Assembly (NCBI GenBank): GCA_964520205.1
Contig: CAZFOA010000003.1
Location: 1 to 42,130, forward strand
Direction: 5' to 3'
Length of the DNA: 42,130 bases
Origin: an uncultured Verrucomicrobiota bacterium
Lineage (GTDB): Bacteria > Verrucomicrobiota > Verrucomicrobiia > Limisphaerales > BOG-1460
The notes below the pieces were generated by a model. That model did no database searches and was not told where the DNA came from. It saw only the letters and a list, made by a program, of their open reading frames with translations. Each line of letters begins with the position of its first letter. The stretch's first letter is position 1. Both the position numbers and the translations under genes were made by a program. Shown one piece after another: positions 26,564-35,200 of this stretch.

Positions 26564-29365
26564 ATGAGCAAAGCAGTTACCACCCCACTCTGTATCCTTC
26601 TGTTGGCCGTCACGGCTCCGCTGTTGTCCGCCCAACCCAGCCCCACTGATGCGGCCGTGCAGGAGGCCGTGCGCCGGCAGGCCGACCGGATCACCCTGCG
26701 CCAGAAGCTGGAAGATGCTTCGGCGGCGGACCAAAGGCGCGATTTGCCGGCCGCCGCCAAACTCTACGACGCCTCCTGGGACCTGGTGGTCGGCATCGGG
26801 CCGGGCATCGAGTCGGAGCGGCAACAGACCGTTGACGGTTTGACCCTGGTCCGAATGGAACTGGCGCGCGCTGCGCTGCACCGCGGCGATCTGCCGGAGG
26901 CAAAAATCCAGGTTGAAGACGTGTTGCGGGTCAATCCCAACGACCCCATCGCGGTTGCATTCGAGCGCGACATTCTCAGGCTGATCGAGGAGCAACGCGG
27001 CCACGCCGCCAGCCTGGAGGTGCAGGAGCAGGTCCCCAATATCGCCAGCAACAAAGTCGCCGCGGCAACGCTCGTTCAGGATGCCAGGGTGTTCTATGAA
27101 CTCCGCCAATTGAATGAAGCCGATGCCAAGCTGAAGGAAGCCTTGAGGTTGGACCCGGCCAGTCAGGCGGCGGCCTATTATGGCAGCCTGGTCGAACAGG
27201 CCCGGTCCCAGCAAGCGATGACCCGGCGCATGATCGATACCGAGAAGAAAATGGTCCAGATCGAGCAGGCCTGGGAAACCCCAATCAAGCGCGAATCGTT
27301 GGCCATGCCCAATCCCATGGCGCGCACCAATCTCGTCTATACCGGCCAGGGACGGCAGGCGATTCTAAGCAAGCTCGACCTCATTCGCATCAACAGCGTT
27401 CTTTTTGACGGACTCCCGCTCAATGAAGTTGTGCGTTACCTGAGCGAGGAAGTCAAGAAACGCGACCCGGAGAAGAGAGGCATTAATTTTCTCATCAGCG
27501 CAAACCCCGAAACCGTTTCCACCACCCCGGTGGCGGCCACAGCCACAGGTACAGGGGCCGCCTTTGCGCCGCAGGCTCCAGTGCGGTTTGGCGCACCGGG
27601 AGGAGCACCCCAAATCGATCCCACCACCGGACTGCCCATTCAGGCTGCGGCGACGACCGAATCCGGGGATATTAATTCCGTCACGGTCACCATCAATCCC
27701 GGCATGACGGATGTTCGTCTGGCCGACGTTTTGGACGCCGTTGTCACAGTGGCCAATCATCCGATCAAATATTCGATTTTGGATTATGCGATCATCTTTT
27801 CCGTGAAAGGGCCGGAAGATCCGCAGCTTCACATCAGAACGTTCAAGGTGGATCCGAACACCTTCTATCAAGGGTTGGAAAGTGTGGGCGGGTTGAATTT
27901 CGGCGGCCTTGTCGGCAACGGGGGTAGCAGCGGTGGCGGTGGCTCCAGCGGCGGCGGCGGTGGTGGCGGCGGCGGTGGCGGCCAGGGCGGTGGCGGTGGG
28001 CAAAGCGGTCAAAACGGTATTTTGACGGTTCCTCGAGTCAACGTATCAGGGGGGTCATCTAGCGGCGGCGGTGGTGGCGGCGGTGGCGGCGGCGGTGGCG
28101 GCGGCGGCGGCCAGAGCGGCTCCGGACTGTCGTTTGTTACCCAAACAAACTCGATGGCGGCAGTGCAGGGCGCGGTCGTTACCTTCTTCCGGGCAGTGGG
28201 TGTGGAATTGGGCGCGCAAGCCGGGAAAAACGTTTTTTGGAATGATCGGGCGGGAACCTTGACCGTGCGTGCCACCTCTCAGGAGTTGGACATTATTGAA
28301 GCCGCCATTCAAACACTCGACATTGCTCCGCCGCAGGTGAACATCAAAGCGAAATTTGTGGAAGTGACCCAGAAAGACAGCCGGGCGCTCGGATTCGACT
28401 GGTATCTGGGAAATTACTTGATGAACAACGGCCAAATCGGGGCGCAGGCAGGCACCGCGCCGAGCTTCGCCGGCGCGCCCAGCGCGGGCAATCCGGAAGG
28501 AACCTTCCCGGGTAGCGCTCTCGCCGGCACCGCCCTTCCGCCGTCAACCACGGACGGGTTGTTGACCAGCGGATTGCGCAATGGCTCTGTGAATAACATC
28601 CCGGCGATCCCGGCCCTCGGCACGATCACCGGAATCCTGACGGACCCCCAGTTCCGGGTGGTGGTTCGTGCTTTGGAGCAACGAGAGAGCGCGGACCTTT
28701 TGAACGACAGCCAGGTGACCACGTTGAGCGGGCGCCAGACACAGATTCAAGTGGTGGACCTGGAAACCATCGTCACCGGCACCAGTGTCAATCAACAGTC
28801 TGGTGGCGGCGGTGCCGTTCCCAGCGGCGGGGCGACGACGCCAGGTACGGCCACCACGGCCATCACCTACACCACTTCCGTGTTTCCACTTGGTCCGACG
28901 CTGGATGTCATTCCTTATGTTTCAGCGGATGGCTACACCATTCAAATGACGATTATCCCGACCCTGGTTGAGTTTATTGGCTACGACAGCGTCGCCGGCC
29001 AGTTCCAAATCCAGGCCCAAAATGGGACCGGCGTCCCATTGACGGCGCAACTGGCGCTGCCGCACTTCCGCACCCGGCAGGTCACCACCAGCGCGATTGT
29101 CTGGGACGGCCAAACCATTGTGCTGGGCGGACTAATCTCGGAAAACGTCGCCAAGTTGAAGGACAAGGTGCCGGTGCTGGGCGACTTGCCGTTTTTGGGA
29201 CGCCTCTTCCGGAGCGAATCGAATATCTCGACCAAGCAGAATCTCGTGATTTTCGTCACTCCCACCATCATTGACCCGGCGGGCAATCGGGTGCATACGG
29301 ATGATGAACTTCCATTTGCGCAGAATACAATTCCGACGCAGAAGCCGCTTTCGCAGAATCCCTAG
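26564..29365 (+). CDS. Secretin (type II/III secretion system / PilQ family) with N-terminal TPR-like region and two poly-Gly/Ser tracts
   Basis: Track ORF 26546 (GTG)..29365. The ATG at 26564 gives the signal peptide MSKAVTTPLCILLLAVTAPLLSAQ. TPR-like helices follow (LHRGDLPEAKIQVEDVLRVNPNDP, YELRQLNEADAKLKEALRLDP). A secretin N-domain (ELDIIEAAIQTLDIAPPQVNIKAKFVEV) is present. The C-terminal secretin core is GRQTQIQVVD ... DKVPVLGDLPFLGRLFRSESNISTKQNLVIFVTPTII. Confidence 0.9.
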   Translation: MSKAVTTPLCILLLAVTAPLLSAQPSPTDAAVQEAVRRQADRITLRQKLEDASAADQRRDLPAAAKLYDASWDLVVGIGPGIESERQQTVDGLTLVRMELARAALHRGDLPEAKIQVEDVLRVNPNDPIAVAFERDILRLIEEQRGHAASLEVQEQVPNIASNKVAAATLVQDARVFYELRQLNEADAKLKEALRLDPASQAAAYYGSLVEQARSQQAMTRRMIDTEKKMVQIEQAWETPIKRESLAMPNPMARTNLVYTGQGRQAILSKLDLIRINSVLFDGLPLNEVVRYLSEEVKKRDPEKRGINFLISANPETVSTTPVAATATGTGAAFAPQAPVRFGAPGGAPQIDPTTGLPIQAAATTESGDINSVTVTINPGMTDVRLADVLDAVVTVANHPIKYSILDYAIIFSVKGPEDPQLHIRTFKVDPNTFYQGLESVGGLNFGGLVGNGGSSGGGGSSGGGGGGGGGGGQGGGGGQSGQNGILTVPRVNVSGGSSSGGGGGGGGGGGGGGGGQSGSGLSFVTQTNSMAAVQGAVVTFFRAVGVELGAQAGKNVFWNDRAGTLTVRATSQELDIIEAAIQTLDIAPPQVNIKAKFVEVTQKDSRALGFDWYLGNYLMNNGQIGAQAGTAPSFAGAPSAGNPEGTFPGSALAGTALPPSTTDGLLTSGLRNGSVNNIPAIPALGTITGILTDPQFRVVVRALEQRESADLLNDSQVTTLSGRQTQIQVVDLETIVTGTSVNQQSGGGGAVPSGGATTPGTATTAITYTTSVFPLGPTLDVIPYVSADGYTIQMTIIPTLVEFIGYDSVAGQFQIQAQNGTGVPLTAQLALPHFRTRQVTTSAIVWDGQTIVLGGLISENVAKLKDKVPVLGDLPFLGRLFRSESNISTKQNLVIFVTPTIIDPAGNRVHTDDELPFAQNTIPTQKPLSQNP
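27920..28126 (+). repeat. Two in-frame GGY/AGC triplet-repeat tracts encoding poly-Gly/Ser linkers inside the secretin gene
   Basis: Tract 1 (27920-28000) encodes GGSSGGGGSSGGGGGGGGGGGQGGGGG. Tract 2 (28049-28126) encodes GGSSSGGGGGGGGGGGGGGGGQSGSG. Both end in a near-identical ...GGCGGTGGCGGCCAG(G/A)GCGG, so together they form a direct repeat about 130 nt apart. Confidence 0.9.
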
Positions 29366-29431
29366 AAGTGGACCAATTTAGTAATAAGTTTGGACAATGT
29401 TCCAGGGCAGGTTAACATTAGAAAACGAATT

Positions 29432-30811
29432 ATGTTATTGTCGTCATTCGCCCGGAAGACGGTGATTTGCTGGTGTCTCGGGTTGGCAAGTCCCGCGGTT
29501 GTATTCGGTCAAACTGATTTCACTCCGTTCGCCGGCGAATATTCCATCGTTGGCAGCCTGCCGGGCGACCAGGTTCATCCTGGCGCTGCCATCGACGCGA
29601 ACGGCGGCTACCTCGTCTGGCAGGATAATTCGGTCAATACCAACGGACTGCGAATCCAGGCGGCGCGGTTGAACAGCAATTTCACCACCCTTTCCAACAT
29701 CGTTGTCAGCGCCGTCGCCAAGGTGAAAACCACCGGCAACCAGGAAAAGCCACAGGTGGCCTTGCTGCAAAACGGGGGCGCGGTCATTGTCTGGCAGGGA
29801 GGCAAACCCGGCCTGCAGCAGATTTATGCGCGCTTTCTCGGAGCCAACGGCGCTTTCCTTGCAAAAACGGATCTCCGGGTCAGCACCCATACCAAAAACA
29901 GCCAAAGCTACCCCCAGGTGGCGACCCTGACCGATGGCAGCGTGGTCATCGTGTGGTCGAGTGACGGACAGGACGGCAGCATGCTTGGGGTTTTCGCCCG
30001 GCAGTTTTCCGCGGCAGGCAAGCCTCTGGGCCTCGAGTTCCAGGTCAACCAGACGAGTCTCTACAACCAACGCACCCCCGCGCTGGCCGCGCTGGCCAAT
30101 GGGAACTTCGTGGTCGCCTGGATTTCCGAATTGCAGCGCAGCGGCGGCAGCGTGGGCAGCGTGGACGTTTACGCGCGTATTTTTAACGGCTTGGGCGCCG
30201 CTGTTACCGGCGAGTTCCCTGTCAATACCAGCATCATCAACATTTGCGCCAACCCCTCGCTGGCGGCTTCGCCCCAGGGTGGCTTCGCGGTGGCCTGGAG
30301 CCAGAACGACAATGCGGTGGTGCCCACGGCTCCGATCCCTTCCGCCTATAATTCATCCGGTATAACAATTCCTTCGACCGCAATTGCCTCGACTTCGCCG
30401 TCCACGAACGGTTGGGATGTGTTCGCGGCGTTCTATGACGCCACCGGCTCCAATACGACCGCTCCGTTCCGAATGAATCAATATACCTACGGAGACCAGT
30501 TTGGACCGAAGATCAGCGCGCTGGGATCCAATTACATGGCGGTCTGGACCAGCCTCAGCCAGCCCGATCCCAATACCGGTGTCGTCGACCACTCCGAAGG
30601 TGTTTTTGGCCAGTTCATCACCGCCGGCGGCGTCCTGGCTTCGGCGAATGATTTGCACGTGAACACCACCACCCTCGGACGACAAGTCCAGCCAGTCGTC
30701 GTTTCCGATGGCGCCAGCCGCTTCCTCGTGGTGTGGTCGTCTTTGGTCACCGCCCCCATTTTCAATTTCGACCTTTTTGCCCAACAATATTCGCAATCCG
30801 GAGGTCAATGA
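29432..30811 (+). CDS. Exported protein built of seven ~55-aa repeats (predicted 7-bladed beta-propeller-like)
   Basis: Track ORF 29390 (TTG)..30811. The ATG at 29432 gives the signal peptide MLLSSFARKTVICWCLGLASPAVVFGQ. The recurring unit has four parts: P-x-V/A-A-x-L, G-G-x-V-V-V-W, [I/V]-[F/Y]-A-[R/Q]-[F/I/Y], and G-x-x-x-x-x-E/D-F/L-x-V-N. It occurs 7 times, e.g. GAVIVWQ..IYARFL, VVIVWSS..VFARQF, FVVAWIS..VYARIF, FLVVWSS..LFAQQY. Confidence 0.75.
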   Translation: MLLSSFARKTVICWCLGLASPAVVFGQTDFTPFAGEYSIVGSLPGDQVHPGAAIDANGGYLVWQDNSVNTNGLRIQAARLNSNFTTLSNIVVSAVAKVKTTGNQEKPQVALLQNGGAVIVWQGGKPGLQQIYARFLGANGAFLAKTDLRVSTHTKNSQSYPQVATLTDGSVVIVWSSDGQDGSMLGVFARQFSAAGKPLGLEFQVNQTSLYNQRTPALAALANGNFVVAWISELQRSGGSVGSVDVYARIFNGLGAAVTGEFPVNTSIINICANPSLAASPQGGFAVAWSQNDNAVVPTAPIPSAYNSSGITIPSTAIASTSPSTNGWDVFAAFYDATGSNTTAPFRMNQYTYGDQFGPKISALGSNYMAVWTSLSQPDPNTGVVDHSEGVFGQFITAGGVLASANDLHVNTTTLGRQVQPVVVSDGASRFLVVWSSLVTAPIFNFDLFAQQYSQSGGQ

Positions 30812-30814
30812 TTT

Positions 30815-32191
30815 ATGCTGCGACTGTTTCAACGAACGTTCCTGGCCCTGGCGATGGCCGGGATGGTTCATTCCGCATCGGCTTTCTCCCTGACGGGTCC
30901 ATTCGCTACTTGGGAAACCGCGGCGCTCGGCTATAGCCCTGGAGGAGTAGGTTTTGATATCGGCGGGCCGATGAATCTCGGCGAGGGATACCGGTGGAAT
31001 GTCAAGACGATGACCTACGGATTCACCAAGTCCTTCCAGGATTACTTCGGACAAAGAGGGATTGACGAGGTCAATAAAGCTTTTGCCATCCTCAATGGCC
31101 TCCCGCCGGTCTCAAGGATGAGCCAGACTCTCTCGGAGTTTCCCCAGGACACTAGAGGTATCAATATGCAGGCATTTTCTTTGGGGTTGTTTGATCTAAA
31201 GACGGAGGCCTTGGGATTGTTGATCAATCAGCTCGGCGTTGCCGATTCGACGCGTTACGTGTGGACGCTGCGGAGTCGCGCAACCCCGGCTGGTGCCACC
31301 AATTATGTGGTGGTCATGCGGAACTTCGATCCGGTCACCTGGAATCCATCGCCATACGTCAACGGAGTGTTATACACTTATACCATCGGGGAGTTCGGAC
31401 CGGTAGTGCGATTTACCGACGCGGTTGAATCCACGGTCGATCCTTTGGCGCTGGGGTTCAATACAGCATCGCACATTGACCTCAACGGTAATATCAACAT
31501 CCCTGCTGGATACTTCCCCGGCGTGTATTACACCGGCCTGACGCGTGACGACGTGGGAGGACTGCGCTACCTTTTGAGCAAGAAGCTGCTCAATGTTGAA
31601 AACCTGCCCACCAACATCATCGGCGGAGCGTCCTCGCCCTGGATGCCGGTCGGTGTATTGGCAACAAACACCATCGTCAGAATCGCCATGCGCCCGGGGG
31701 TTGACAAAATCGCTTTCAAGCAATTGAAATACTACGGATTTTTCCCCGGGTTTACCAACGTTTACACGGACGTTTATGTGGTCAACGGCCACTCTTTTTC
31801 CCAACGAGTCCAGGACGTCCAGATCCTCCAGCCGGACATCGTTTTTACCGCCGGGGACTTCGGCGTGGATGGCAATGGAGGCATACCTTTCCTGACCTCC
31901 AGGACGCCTGCCGCAGCCTGGGCCAATAACAGCAATATCCAAGACAACACGCCGGCGGTCGGCGAAGTCGATGGTCCGGGCGTCGTCCAGCCAACGATTA
32001 TTATCGGATTTTCCAATGTCGGGCCTTACTTAGCGAATAGTTTTCCCGGGTTTATGAATCAATTCAACCCTGCTTCCTCTTTTGGCGGTTGGGCTGCGTT
32101 TGACGGCTCGGCGAATCCGCCGTTCATTTTTCCCAACGGCGCTTCCATACAAGATTTGCAGAACAGCATCTTGAACGGCGGCGGACTCTAG
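30815..32191 (+). CDS. Exported hypothetical protein (no recognisable family)
   Basis: 458-aa ORF whose ATG lies 3 nt after the upstream stop. Signal peptide MLRLFQRTFLALAMAGMVHSASA. Even composition across the whole length and no competing ORF in another frame. Confidence 0.7.
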   Translation: MLRLFQRTFLALAMAGMVHSASAFSLTGPFATWETAALGYSPGGVGFDIGGPMNLGEGYRWNVKTMTYGFTKSFQDYFGQRGIDEVNKAFAILNGLPPVSRMSQTLSEFPQDTRGINMQAFSLGLFDLKTEALGLLINQLGVADSTRYVWTLRSRATPAGATNYVVVMRNFDPVTWNPSPYVNGVLYTYTIGEFGPVVRFTDAVESTVDPLALGFNTASHIDLNGNINIPAGYFPGVYYTGLTRDDVGGLRYLLSKKLLNVENLPTNIIGGASSPWMPVGVLATNTIVRIAMRPGVDKIAFKQLKYYGFFPGFTNVYTDVYVVNGHSFSQRVQDVQILQPDIVFTAGDFGVDGNGGIPFLTSRTPAAAWANNSNIQDNTPAVGEVDGPGVVQPTIIIGFSNVGPYLANSFPGFMNQFNPASSFGGWAAFDGSANPPFIFPNGASIQDLQNSILNGGGL

Positions 32192-32202
32192 GAGCGAATT
32201 TC

Positions 32203-35200
32203 GTGAAGAGAATTATGAAGCGATTGTTACTTTCAGGTGTCCTGAGTCTGGCGCTGTCTCCGTTCGCCGCGCTGTTGGCGCAGTCGACGAACGTCTATAT
32301 CAATTCCGGCTCCGTTAGCTTCGCGATTGATGCGGTTCCGATTGATGCGGTGACGTTCATCAATTCCGGCACCTTTAGCGCCATTAGTCTCCAACCCTAC
32401 GAAACGTTCGATACGCTTAACTTCACCAATAAGGGCACCGGCACCATGAACGGCATTCCCGGTTTTTGGTTCGATGATTCTCCGTCGCGTACCGGCCAGC
32501 GCCAATGGTCGGCGAATTTCTTCAACGACAATAACGGCGTGGTTACGGCAACCAGTTTCGCTGATTTTGGAATATTAGTTACTGGTTTTTCTGTCAACAT
32601 GCAGAGCAGTTATCTCCAGATCTGGGCAACTAATATCGTCAACTACGGAACGTTCAACGTTGGGGCGGGAGGAGTGATTCAGATGACGGGTGACAACGTC
32701 GATCTTAAACAGGGTGTATTTGATGTGACCGCGCTTGCCGGGGTGGGCAGCGTGATTCTGACCGCTACGAACCAATTCTCCCCGGACACGTCCGTCTATG
32801 ACGTCTACTGGGCTGCAGCCAATTTTACACCCTTGCCGCCACCACTCGTGTTGGATACCGCGGCGATCTGGGATGGCACCAACGCCACTGCGCCGTCCAT
32901 CTCCAGTCCGCCCGCAGGGCCGCCTCCCATTCCCATTTTAGGGTTTTCATTCGTCCCGACCTACGCCGATTCCTGGAGTAATTACGTCACCACTGCGGCC
33001 ATCTCGGTCACCAACGTTCCCAATAACAACCCGATGACGGTCACTCTGGTCACCAACATGACCAAGGAGGCGGTGTTTGTGTCCGCCCCGGCTTTCGTTA
33101 CCGTGACATCACGGTTTTCACACCTCGGCATAAGCAATTTCAATGACATCAATGTGTTGCTGTCCATGCCGTTGACCAACTCGATCAACCGGGTGATTGG
33201 CACCAACTACATTTACTTTCAGGATCTGCTGGCGAACCAGGCTGCGGTAGGCTTGGTGCCTAACAGTCTTACACCCGACACATTCCGTCCCACCAATTAC
33301 CTGGTGGACCGACTGCCTCATGCCACGATTTTCGTGCCCACAGTGACGAGCAGGAATGGTATTCTTATCACCAATCCCCCGTCGGGTTTTAGCGGCAAGG
33401 GAGTTCCGGAACCCAACTTTTTCCTCGAATCCGGCAATATCTCTTTCGTTACGCCGTCCAATGTCGTGAGCTCCGACACGGTTCAGCCGAGCACCGTGGT
33501 GAGCGCGGGTGCCTTTGCCGCTTATGCCGCTTTTCTCGACAACGTGGCTTCCCGGCCCCCGCCCGTCGCCGGCGGCACCATCACGAATCTGCCGGGCAGC
33601 ATACGAATTGCCGCGGTGAACCTGGATATGACCGGTGCCAAACTGCGCGCCGAGGGGCAGGTTTCGATCACGGCGGAGAATTTGATTTCGAGCACCAACG
33701 CCTCGATTGATTGTGAAAATCTCAGTTATGAACTCGGTTCCAGCTCCGGTAACTTGGTGGTGCAAAATCTGGCCAGCATCAAGGCGGGACGGCTTCGTGG
33801 GGAGATACGCGCCTGGAGCGCCACTTGGACCAATGCGGCGAATGTGGTGATTCCAATCAATCTCGACACCAATGGCATCCCAGTTCCGCTGACGAACGGG
33901 GTGTCGATGGGATGCTACGCCTTGATCCTCGACGCCTCGGGGCTGCTCAATGCTCTGCAGGTATCCCTCTATAATCTGATCCTGCACAGCACCCATATTA
34001 CTGTGAACGACGACTTGACCGTGATCCAGTCGCTGTTGATCGATGGCCAGACCTTCACGCTCAACGGAGGCATCACGATTCCAGGGTTTTTCCCGCCGGC
34101 GGACCCGATTAATAACGTGTTATTTCCGGGTGTTCCGCTCCAGAATTGGACGGGCACCAACGCGCCGACACTCGCGTTGTTTACGAATAACGGCGCGTTT
34201 TTCATCTATAACGAGGCGCATTTCGGAGATGACCGCCCGCTGCCTTACGCTGTCTTGGTCAACTCTGGAAATATTATAGCCTCCGGCATCAAGGTGAACA
34301 GCACCTACTTCGAGAACGACGGCAATTTGATTGCGCAGCCGGGGACGTTGATCATCAATTGCGGTTCAGGCAAACTGCAGAACAGTACGAATACTTCCGG
34401 TAATTTCGCCAAGTTCACCGCCGGCAGCCTGCAATTCAGCAACAGCGCCGTTCTCGCCGGCGACTCCCTGAGTTTCAGCGTCACCAACCGGTTCACCGAC
34501 GGCGGGTCGTCCAACCTCTTCCAGGCGATGAATGGGATTAATCTCCTGACGAAGCCGCAAACCGGAGATTTGCTGGGCAGCACGTTGCTGAGCATTGCGC
34601 CCAGCACTGTTATTGGCAAGACCGTCACCCACACGTGGGCGGGTGAAGACCGCGGGGCGAACCCGGCCGGTTACTACAACAACGCAGCCGTCGGCACGCT
34701 CACCTTTAATGCCTTCAACGCCAACTCGGTATTTTCCTTTGCCGGCACGGCGACGGCTCCGGGCAGGACCAACGGTCTTTACGTGGATGTGCTCGATCTC
34801 AGCGGGCTGAATTCTACCAATCAACTTCAGATCAACCCCAACCTGGTGATCTATTTCGCCGCCGCAAAAGTCAATTTTACGCCGCCGACGAACAGTTTCG
34901 GGCTGCCACAACAGCCGGAAGAGTTTCTGAACGGCCAATTGGGCGGCCATCTGCGGTGGGTTTCGTCCTTCGCCGGTCCGGGCAGCTCGACGAATGTGGT
35001 GATTGGCGGCCAGACCAACACAGTGAATCGCGCGCTGGCGGGCAGCCATATTACGACCAACCTGCAAACGGCTCCGCTGGTCGTCACAATAAGCGGAAGT
35101 GGAACCATTACTCCCAACAACAACGGCAAATCGCTGCTGCTCGGCCAAACATACGGAATGATCGCCTCGCCGGCATCCGGATCAAAGTTCATTGGCTGGA

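Noticed and set aside
27920-28126. Considered the repetitive GGC/GGT arrays as a CRISPR array or non-coding satellite.
   Set aside because: The arrays are in frame within a continuous secretin ORF. They have no unique spacers of regular length, and no cas genes are present. They are coding low-complexity linkers.
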